A stretch of 64,000 nucleotides of DNA from Vitrella brassicaformis CCMP3155 (Eukaryota; Protista; Chromerida), in NCBI GenBank assembly GCA_001179505.1, contig CDMY01001064.1, positions 124,001-188,000 on the forward strand, given 5' to 3'. Position 1 is the first letter of the stretch. The number at the start of each line of letters is the position of its first letter. The notes under the pieces were generated by a model. The model was not told where the DNA came from. It was given only the letters and a program-made list of their open reading frames with translations, and ran no database searches. The position numbers were made by a program, and so were the translations under genes. Below, piece after piece: positions 46,537 to 57,243 of the stretch.

Positions 46537-48080
46537 ATGATGTTCAAGATCCTTGCCCTCGCCCTTCTCGCTGTGGGTCTCGTCAACGGCGCCGGCGAGG
46601 CAGCGGCGGAGAGTGCATCGGCACCCGCTGAAGCTGCTCCCGCTGCTGCGGCCCAACCTGAGCAGGAAGGAGAACCTGCTGAGCCAACCGACAACATCAT
46701 CGACGTTGCCGAGGAAAATGGCTTTCTCCTTCTGCTCACCGCCCTCAAGGCCGCCGACCTCACCGACACTCTCAAGGGCGACGGCCCGTTCACCGTCTTC
46801 GCACCCACCGATGAGGTGAAACGCACTCTCTCCCTGTGCTGACTGCACCGTTCATCACTGTGGCTAGTCATGTGTGGTGCATGTCTCCTGTTCTGCAGGC
46901 CTTTAAGGCTCTGGGGGAGGATGCTTTAGCGGAGCTCCTCAAGCCCGAAAACAAGGAGAAGCTAGCGGGCATCCTCAAATACCACGTCGTGGCGGGCAAG
47001 TTTGGCTCGGAGGATCTCACAGACGGGCAGGTGGTGCCGACTCTCCAGGGCGAGTCGGTGACGGAGACGATCGATAGCGACGGGACAATCATGGTGAACG
47101 ACGCAACGGTGGACCCTGCCGACGTGAGTAGTCAACACAGCACACCGCACCACAGAGAGAAAGATGCCTGCCTGCTGCAGTCATCTGTGTGGGTTCTCCC
47201 TCCCTGTGTGTTGTCAGGTCCCGGCCAGCAACGGCATCGTCCACGTCATCGATAAGGTGCTCATACCTCCCAAACCCGACGAAGGTGAGGATGGCGGGTC
47301 GCGCCGCTCTCTGCGGGCCATGTAGAGAGAGGAGAGGCCTTTCTTCCTTCTTTTCTAGCTGGGGCTAGTCAGGGTGTGGGCTCGTTCTTGTCTCTGTTGT
47401 TTATCTCTCTTGTCTGTCTGTCTGTCTGTCTGTCTGCCTGTGTACACGCTGCTTCAGAAGTGGGCACCATTGCCGAGGTTGCCGCGGCCACGCCTGAGCT
47501 GAGCATTCTCGTCGATGCCCTCACGGCCGCTGACCTCGTGCAGACCCTTGAGGGCGATGGCCCATTCACCGTCTTCGCACCCACCGATGAGGTGGGATGC
47601 ACTGTCCTCTCTGTCCTGACTGCGCCGTTCATCACTGTGGCTATCCATGTGTGTCGCGTCTCCTCTCTGCAGGCCTTCGTTAAGCTGCTGGCGGAGTTGG
47701 GTGTGACCTTGGAGGATCTCGTCGCCGACACGGAGAAGCTAAAGGACATCCTCCTCTACCACGTCGTTAGTGGCGCGGTTAAAGCGGCGGATCTTGAAAC
47801 GGGCCCGGTGATGACTGTCCAGGGCGGCAATGTGCAGGTGACGGTCAAGGACGACGGGACAATCATCTTGAACGAGGGAACGAACGACGCAACGGTTGTG
47901 ATCAAAGACGTGAGTAATGCACACGCCACACCACACCTCAAGAGAGAAAGGCCTGCCTGCTGCAGAAATTTGTGAGGGTTCTCCCTCCCTTTGTGTTTTC
48001 AGGTCCCGGCCAGCAACGGCGTCGTCCACGTCATCAGTGAAGTGCTCACACCTCCGACTCGCCGCTCTCTCCGTCATTAA
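46537..48080 (+). CDS. Secreted fasciclin (FAS1) protein with one or two FAS1 domains
   Basis: Signal peptide [18 protein letters not shown] and an A/P/E-rich linker. Domain 1 [11 protein letters not shown]|AF...LKYHVV...D|[15 protein letters not shown]; domain 2 [11 protein letters not shown]|AF...LLYHVV...D|[15 protein letters not shown]. Confidence 0.93.
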
Positions 48081-48129
48081 AGAGGAGAGGCCTTCCGACC
48101 GGGGCTAGTCAGGGCGTGGGCTCGTTCTC

Positions 48130-51100
48130 GTCTGTCTTCTCTCTCTCTCTCTCTCTCTCTCCCTGTCTGTCTCTCTCAGTCTTGACTCCGTGTACCCGCT
48201 GCTTCAAGGTCAGTGGGGCGAGTTTTGTCGAGACCAGGTGGTATGTGATAAGCGCACCTCTGCTATGCTCACCACGCCCGCTCGACACGTCCATGCACAT
48301 GAGGAAAGTGATCGTGTGCATGTGTGTGTGTGTGTGTGTGTGTGTGTGGAGGGCGGAGAGGGAGCAGGGGGGTGGCACACGCGTATTGTGGGCTGACCAT
48401 TTGTTTTTCTGGGACCCACAGCGACGTTGCTGTGGGTGCGTGGTGGGGTGAGACAGCTGTGGTGAAGTTTATCGTTGCCCTTTATCGATCCATGTAGTGT
48501 CCATGTAGTGTGTGCATGCCGTTCATACTGTGTGCGAGCCCCTGCCTCTCAGAGGCAGTCTGAGAGGCAGGCTCGCTCGCTCTTTATGATAGCCACACAT
48601 TCATTCACACATGGGCCGACTCAGGCCGACGTCTCTCTAATTCATCCACTTGCACTGGTGAGTGCATCTGTGGCATGTATAAAGGGGCAGATAGGGGGAT
48701 GATGGGATGATGGATGGGAGGTCACGCCATACTTGATACATCCATGATACTTGATGACAGAGTCACGTCACGCTTCTCCGTTCACACCCACACACGTCAC
48801 ACCACACACACACACATTTCCACACTGGGCTCGGTTCGCGACGCACGATTTTAGCAGAACAGGCACTGGAAGGATCATTTGGCACATGTGTGACGGGCGG
48901 GGTTGCGTGAGTGTGCGGGTCTGTGTGCGTGCGCGTGCGGGTGTGTGTACTGTTGGCGCGCGACGCCTGGCAGGCGTCGGCTCCCACAGGCAAGGGACAC
49001 CCAGGCAGAGAGATTTTCAGTGGAATGACGACGGGAGGGCTGCATGTGTTGATATCACACGTGTTGCCGTTACCTGATCCTTCATTGCAGATGTCTGCCA
49101 ACTTGTCTTGTGAGTGGGGACTGGGCACAGGGGGGACAAGGGCGTGGGCGTAAAGGAAGCGCAACACATCGTCTCCCGAGATCAGATGTGCAGGCCACCC
49201 GCAGCCGACAAAGGCGTCATGCATTGAAGCGCAAGATCAGAGAAGGCGACAACCTCTTTTGAGTGCAGGGGTGTCCGTAAAACAGTAAAGGCGAGTGTTT
49301 AGGCAATGCGTGAAACCGGAAGGGAGGTGGAGCTCGCAAAGATCCGACGTCAAGATCCGCTCCCCCGCTCGTGCCTGTCCCGCCTTCCGCAGATCTCTCA
49401 CTCTCTCGTATCGACAATGATGTTCAAGATCCTTGCTGTCGCCCTTCTCGCTGTGGGTCTCGTCAACGGCGCCGGCGAGGCAGGCGCCGCCGAGGCACAA
49501 GTGTCAGGAGATGGTGCGTCGGCACCCGCTGAGGCTCCTCCCGCTGGTGCGGCCGAACCTCAGCAGGCAGGAGGAGAGCCACCTGCTGATGCTGAGGCAA
49601 CTGGTGACATCGTCGACATTGCCTCAGAGACAGATGACCTCAGCACTCTGGTCACCGCCCTGGAGGCCGCTGGCCTCGTGGAGACCCTCCAGGGCGCTGG
49701 CCCATTCACCGTCTTCGCACCCACCAATGCGGTGAGATGCACTCTCGTGTGCTGACTGCACCATTCGCCACTGTAGCCATGTGTGTGGTGCATGTCTCCT
49801 GTCTGCAGGCCTTTGAGGATGTGCCGAACTTAGACGAGATCCTCGCCGACCCGGAGGAGCTAAAGGACATCCTCCTCTACCACGTCGTGAGTGGCGAGAC
49901 TGCCTCGACAGATATCCCAACGACTGCCAAGAAGGTGGCGACTGTCGAGGGCGAGGAGGTCGATGTGCTGAGGGATGACACGGCCACACCGAATACAGTC
50001 ACGGTGACCGACGCGCAAGGAACGACGTACGATGTGGTGAAGGCCGACATCAAGGCCACTAACGGCGTCATCCACATCATCAATGGAGTGCTCATTCCCT
50101 GAGCCGACGATGGTGCGGATGGTGAGTCGTGCCGCTCTCTGCGTGCATGTGAGAGAGGAGAGGCCTTTCTTCCTTCTTTTCTTATTGGGGCTGGTCAGGG
50201 TGTGGGCTCGCGCTTGTCCATCGCTCTTGTCTGTCTGTCTCTCTCCGCCTGACTCTGTGCACACCCTTCTTCATGAGTGCGGCGAGTTTTGTTGAGACCA
50301 GGTGGTATGTGATAATCGCACCTCTGCTATGCTCACCACGCTCGCTCGACACGTAGATGCAGATCAGCAACGTGACTGTGCGTGTGTGTGTGTCCGAGGG
50401 AGGAAGGGAGTGGCATGTGTGTTTTTTTGAGATCCACAGCAACGGTGCTGTCTGTGTGAGTGTGGTGTGTGTGTGCGTGATGATGCTGTGATGACGTCCG
50501 TTGTTGTTTTATCGATCCATGTAGTGCGTGCGCGTTTTTTCCGCTTGCTGTGTCCGAGCCCCTGCCTGTCAGAGGCACGGCGGCTCGCTCTCTCTGATAC
50601 CGACACATACAGACATTGGCCGACCCGGCTAACACGTGTCTGCTATTCACCTGCATGAAGGTGTGTTGTGTGCATTTGTGGGAGAGGGGGAGAGGGGTGG
50701 GGCTGATGGGTGTCCACCACGCGCTTCTTGATGGTGTCACATGACTGCTTGTCGTTCGCACTCACACACGTCACACCACACACACACAGATTTTCGCATC
50801 GGCTGGGTTCGCGACGCACCAATTTTCGCACGACAGGCGCTGGCTGGATCACCTGACGTGTGTGTGACGGCCGCGTGTTTTCTGAGGCGTCTTTCTTGTG
50901 GCTGGCTGGAAGGGATGTAAGACACGCAGAGGTGTGTAGGTCCACGCCTCTATCTGTTCGTCGTCTGAGTCATTCGTTGTGTTTTGTATGTGGTGTTCAC
51001 TTTGGGGCTTGGGCTTGGCGTGCGTGTGTGTTCGGGTGTGTGTATTCGCGGCGCGACGCATCTTCGCGTCCCACCTAGGGAACGGAGAGGTGTCTGCGCC

Positions 51101-51290
51101 ATAGCCATGGGACGCTCAGGCAGACAGATTTGCAGACGAATGATGGTGCGGAGGCTGCATGTGTGATGAATTCGCACCTGCTGCTGTCGCGTCATCCTTT
51201 CTTTGCAGATCTGTCGGCCTGCTTGTTTTGTGAGTGGGGACTACACAGGGGGGACAAGGGCATGGGCGTAAAGGAAGCGGTCAACACATG
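48130..51290. repeat. Direct duplication of the non-coding region downstream of each FAS1 gene (approx. 48130-49170 vs 50220-51290)
   Basis: Shared blocks include gagaccaggtggtatgtgataa.cgcacctctgctatgctcaccacg, cacacacgtcacaccacacacaca and gtgagtggggact...gggggacaaggg..tgggcgtaaaggaagc. The region approx. 46430-46600 also matches 49320-49480. Confidence 0.85.
49417..50102 (+). CDS. Secreted single-domain fasciclin (FAS1) protein, paralogue
   Basis: [18 protein letters not shown]; [11 protein letters not shown]|AFED...LLYHVVSG...[18 protein letters not shown]. Confidence 0.9.
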
Positions 51291-51416
51291 ATCTCCTCCT
51301 CACAATTTGCAAGCCAAGCTCGCAGCCTCGCAGATCTTGCGTTCTGGAGCACAGCAGAGGGCTGTCCTGCGCCCGTGGCAAACATGTTTGTTTCAGCTCT
51401 GGCAGATCTTCGGAAG

Positions 51417-53784
51417 ATGTGTCACCTGGCTCTTCTCTCGCTGCTTGCTCCAGCTGCATACGTCACTGCGGCAGAGGCCGCTTTTCGAAGACTCGACAGC
51501 GCATTCGCCCCTCCCGGCACTCTATTCCACCAGCCCGCTAAGCGCCACGCGCTTTCATCACTCCGCGAGGCTCTGCATAAAGGCACGGCAGAAGCGGTGC
51601 TGCTCACGAGGGAGCCTGCAACAGATACGGCCATGCAGCAATGGACAGGCACCTTCACTCTGCCCACTGAGCATCACCAGCCGGCCGCTGACTCATCATC
51701 CGGCCGGGAGCAGTACAACTGGCTACAGGCGTGGTACCCGGTGCTGTTGTCTGAGAGTGCTGACCGGGGCCGCGCCCATGCGGTTCGTGTGCTGGGGAGT
51801 TCGTTCTGTGTGTGGCACGACGGCAATGCGTGGCGGTGTTATGTCGACCGCTGTCCGCACCGGCTGGCGCCGCTGAGTGAGGGCATTGTGGACAAGTACC
51901 AGCACACCATCACGTGTGCCTACCACGGCTGGGCCTTCGGCGGACCCGACGGCAAATGCCTTGACATCCCCCAGGCAAAAAACACCAATGTCAAATTCGC
52001 TACCAAAAACAAAAGGGCATGCGCACAAGCCGTACCTTGCCAGGTATGTAACCGACACACACACACACAGACGGTGATCAGTCGCATGGTAGGGAGGCGT
52101 GATGCTCGGCGTGTGTGTCGTGTTGGTCTACAGGTGCGTCAAGGTCTTGTGTGGATATGGCTTGACCTCTCACCCGAGGGGCTGGCGCTCGCCAATGTCA
52201 CCGAGCCAGCTGTCGTGCCCGAGCTCGACGAGCCAGCCTTCAAGAAGACTGAGGCAGAGGGCCGCCACATGTTCTATATGCGGGACATGCCCTACGGATG
52301 CGAGGCCCTCCTTGAGAATGCCATCGACCCGTCACACGTGCCTGGTGGGGCGGGGCGGCAACCACAGCCACACGCCACACACATTAGAATGGATCCACTC
52401 TTTGTGTGTGCCTGTGTTGTTTGCCCTGGTCAGTAACGCATCACAACGCGCTGACATTGCAGGGTGCGCGGATGTCCCGCACGACGACCAAGCCGCTGGA
52501 CATGGTGCTCAAAGAGCGGGACGTGTCGATGAGGGAGGGCTTCACAACCATAGTGAGGTCTGGCGGGTCCAAGGCCTTCGACAGCTACACGGTGAGCTTC
52601 ATGCCACCGGGGCGCCTCATGTACCGCACGCAGAAGGGCGACCGCATCAACTACTCCATCTTCTACTGTGTGCCGCAAGAGCCTGGTGACTACCGCCACA
52701 CAGACGGACAGAGACAGGGGGAGAGAATCAGATCACGGCTCTCTATCTTTTTCTGTGTGTGTGCGTGCAGGTCGCTCTCGCTTCTTTCTCCGTGCTGCGT
52801 CGACTCTGCCTCAGCCGTACGACTGGCTGCCCCAGTGGGTGCGCCACACATGGGAGACCGCATTTCTTAACCAAGATATGGTCTTCCCACACGAACAAGG
52901 TCATCCACACACACACACACTTCTTGTGCGCTAGGCGACATGTCCTCGTGTATCTCTGCTGTGTCGTGTATGCAGAGCGTCATCTGCTGAATCTGAAGGC
53001 GGCGATGGAGTCCGATTCGCCCCATGAGGCCACAGTGGACCGGCTGTACTACATGCCCGCGGCGGCTGACGTGCCTATCCGTGCCGTCCGTCGGTGGCTG
53101 CAGCGCTTCTCCTACCCAGGTGTCATTCCCAACTTCATCAACATCAACCCTGTCCTCAAGGGCAGCTCGGTAAGACACACACACACGTGATGGATGGGGG
53201 GATGGAGGGACGGGAGCAGAGCCTAGATGGGTGTGTGTGTTGGTGTGTGTGTGTAGGCTTTGGGTCCTGCAGAGCGGAGCCGGGAGCGTTTGTTGACTGC
53301 ATGGGACTCACACACCAAGTACTGCCCCTACTGCAGGGGGGCATACAGGAACCTCACGTGAGCTCAGACGACGATACATACATACCAGCCAGCTGGCCGG
53401 ACGGACGCATAGACCTGCATGCTGCTGTCTGTCTGTCTGTCTGTCTGTGTGTCGTGTTCCTTCGTTCAGTCTGATAAAGTATTTTGCGATTGGTGTGGCG
53501 CTCCTGTCGTCCTCATCTTCTTTCGCAGCTATAATGCTGAGGTGGGTGCCAGTGCAAGGCAGGCACAGCACAGCATCGTTTATACGAGCGATGATGGCTC
53601 CATTCATCATTCTTTCCTCAGGCGCGTTGGGATGAGCGGCACACTGGCTCTGTCGGCGGCGCTGGGCGGGCTGCTGGCCCGATGGCTGCACGTGTTTACG
53701 AGGCGGTTTGTGTATGAGGACTTCTCACATCAGCTCAACCAGGAGGACTACATATTGGCCGCCAACCGACTCAGGAACCTGTAG
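51417..53784 (+). CDS. Plastid-targeted Rieske non-haem iron oxygenase, PAO/Tic55/PTC52 family (copy 2)
   Basis: Leader MCHLALLSLLAPAAYVTAAEAAF...[18 protein letters not shown]...CAYHGW, ENAIDPSHVP|VTHH, SHTKYCPYCRGA and C-terminal hydrophobic helices, ending AANRLRNL*. Confidence 0.9.
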
Positions 53785-54379
53785 CAGGGCACCGCACCCA
53801 ACCCACTGTAGAGAGTGTGGCAGGGCAGATGGACCTGTGGGCGTGGGCACCCATGGATTGGTTTGGGGGTTTTTTTTTGTTTTGTTTTGGTTGATCCCGC
53901 TGCATATGGGGAAAGTTTGTATATAAGACCAACCGATCTGACGGACGGACTTGTGTGAGAGAGTCGTATGTATTTGTTTCTCTGTGTATGGTATGCGGCG
54001 GTGCGCGCTCGCACGGCCTCTGGTGTGGTGCAGTGCACGGCGGCCTCCATGTGTATTCTATGCGAGGCGGGCCGGCTGGCTGGCTGGCAGTTGTGAAGAG
54101 AAGAAAGAGAGTGCGTGGCGACTTTCTCGTCGTGAGAGGAGAGAGCGCATGATGGTCGCTCGCACAGTGAGTGAGGGGTGGAGAGAGTGAGGGAGGGGGG
54201 GGAAGGGGGGGGGCTGTGTGTCGTCCATGTTTGTATACATAATAATATCAACAGCAGTGAGTCAGTCAGTCCTACACCCACCCATGTCATGTCATGTCAT
54301 GTCTGTACAAACAAACAAGGCTGCAATGAATGATTGCAATGAATTAGTCAGTCAGTCCATATATTCTCTCTCTCTCTCT

Positions 54380-56594
54380 CTACAGCCTTGCCCTGGGCTG
54401 CGGCTGCGCCAGTGCCGAGAAGGCATGCACCACTGCCCGCGACATGACGCGCAGCTGCTCCTCACTCACATGACGATGCACTGGCAAATACAACACCTGC
54501 AACACACATGACACACACAAGCCCTCACACACACACACACACACACACTTGTGGTGCTCGACCCACACGCAGACGCCCACCTGTTTCATCAGTGCATCGG
54601 CATTGGTGGGCCTGGGATAGCTGCCCGTAGCGGGTGGGTGTATGAGTGTCAGCTGAGTGCTGCCGAGCGAAGCGAACACGCCGTACGCCTCGAGGGCCCT
54701 CTCCATGCGCTTGGGGTGCACATGTGGTGGGCATATGATGGGATACAGCCAGAAGTTGACCGTGTGGGCTGCGCTCCCCGGCACACCAATCCCGTGACTC
54801 TCTAGCCCTCGTGTAAACACCTGAGACACAAGCCAAGCGACAGGAATGAATGGATGCGTCTGTGTGTCTGTCTGTCTGAGACATGAACGAACGAGTGTGG
54901 GAAGGCAGGCCTACACGCAGTTTGTTCATGTCGTTGTCGAATGCCGTCGGATCCCAGTACTGCAGCCGATACTTGAGGGCTCGTAGCAGACCGAGGCAGG
55001 GGCGGAGGCGAAACCTGAACAGCAAAGCGAAACCTGCCTGTCGGGCTGGACATCTGTCGTGCCTCGCTCACTGCTGCAGCCGGTCCATCTCCCCGCCAGC
55101 CTTGAAGTTGCGCAACTGAAGAAGGGTAAGTAGGCAGAATGGATGGATGGATGAGCGGACACGTCTGGCGTGACTGACCAAAGACTAACCAGATCAATGA
55201 AGAGCGGCCGATGGTCCAATCCGAGCGCCCTCACAAGGGACAGGAGCAACCTGCTCCCGTTGGGCTTCTGCAGCACCAGGATGACGAGCACCAAAAGCAC
55301 CTTACGCCGGTACCTGACGGTGGACTGCACCGGCCACTCCATCCGCAGCTGACGAGCCCCCTGGGCGACATCTGGGTCGCGGAATCGCACCAGGGCACCC
55401 CCGAGGGCTGTTTGTGTCTTGATGGTGCCGAAGGAGAAGAGGGCGACGTCGCTGCGGGGGTGCCCGGTGTACTCGGTGCCGGCGAATGCCTCGGCGCAAT
55501 CCTCAATCAGACACAGCCTGTATGTATCAAGAGGGAAGGGAGAGAGGCACATGACATCAGGCCTGCCTGTACTTGCTTGTCTGCACGTCGTTTACCTACC
55601 TGTGTTTGTCTGCGATATCAGCGAATGGGTCTACCGGGTTGAAGCGGCCGTAGATGTGCGTCACGAACAGGGCCCACGTCTGCACCGACGGACGGCATCA
55701 CATCACATCACATCAGATACGGGCCAGTTGAATCAAATCAATGATTTATTCTGTGTCAGCCATCAGTCATTCCATCTCACTCACCCTGGGAGATATGGCT
55801 GCTTCGACAGCCTGCGGCGTCATCTGTGCCGTCCGCACATCCAAGTCAATCGGCACAGGAACACAACCATGATACCTACACAGACACACAGACACACAGA
55901 CCACATGCGCCATTGAACAAAACATCTACCTTTTCGCCTCCCACCGGCCCGCCCGGCCCACCTGAGTATCCTGGCGATGTCGGGTATACTCACAGCGCTT
56001 ATCAACACTTCGTTGCGATCCACATACGGCCCCCCGACTGCTATCCCGCTATCCTCGGTTGGCCTCCTGCCCCGCATGGCGGTGAGGAAGAGGTCCAGCC
56101 CGGCACGCGCAGAGTGACACACCACACCACTGAATGATTGACGAGAGGGTAAAGGAGGAGAGGCAGCTGGAGGGCCGACGGCCGCCGCTACAGGCACGTC
56201 AGGCGGGTCGCTGCGGCTGCGGGCTTGGCCCAGCCAAAGATCCACGACCTGCAGCACACACACACACACACATACACACATACACACTAAAGCCATACGT
56301 GGTTCTGTGCCAGCATTCCCCGTGCATTCTCCTTACCTCCTGCTCCACCCGCGCAGCCTCCTTTTCTGAGCCCCAGCTCCCCGAAGGCAGTGTGCGGTGC
56401 AGTATGCAGAGGGCGCTGGGGATGGACAGATCTACCGACAGGGGATGAGTCGGCACCAGCCGATAGCCCGATAAAATAAAATAAAAATGCTCCAGCGACT
56501 CGATGTCCTCTGCCGACGAAGCAGGCGCATCTCCGTCAGAAGGATGATTATGTGCCGAGTCTGCGGCTGCGTCGTCGCCCGTTGATGGCAGCAT
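54380..56594 (-). CDS. DegT/DnrJ/EryC1/StrS-family PLP-dependent aminotransferase
   Basis: SARAGLDLFL, NEVLISAVSIP, PVPIDLD...EAAISPR|TWALFVTHIYG, LIEDCAEAF, DVALFSFGTIKTQTALGGA (PLP lysine), WLYP and VLYLPVH. Confidence 0.85.
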
Positions 56595-57243
56595 TTGGTG
56601 GGAAGAGAGAGATGCCTCAAAACTCCATGCCAAGCGCCATGCTCACGGGGAAAGGCTGCAGTGCCTCAAGGTTCCAACTCTGTAATTGCAGCCTGCACCT
56701 GCATAGTGAGTAGAGTGGGTGGGCTGGCTTCGTTGGGGTTCTTGAGGAAAGAAGGAGGGAGCTCGCAGATCTTCCTTTCCTAGGGCTGCGTGAAACCGCT
56801 GTATTGTGTTTGGTTGGTCTTTACCCGGTTTCTCCGTTTGTGAAGGGTTCACCGACGGCACCGGCTCTCCCATTCCAGCCGACTGTGGCCCAGCGACGGC
56901 GTCGGCGACACCACTGCACGGCGGACTCTGCATAGTGGAGTGACGAGGTGGGGAGAGGCCGCTGCGGTGAGGGGAGAGAAGAGGAGGCCTGCCTCTGCTG
57001 CAACGCCACTGCACACCCTGCACCTCCTCCCGCAGCACAACGGACATCAGCAAAAGGCAGCAACCACATCCACCTGCCCTCGTCCCCTTGTTTGCAACTT
57101 GCAACAGCCCCCCAACGCAGCCAGGGACCTCAAACACACCGACCCGCAAGGCCGTGACCACACCCACACACCGGCGCGACTCGTCATCCCGTTTGTCTGC
57201 ACCCGCTTGGTGGTGTCGGGCTCGGCTTGGTCCGTGAGCTGCC

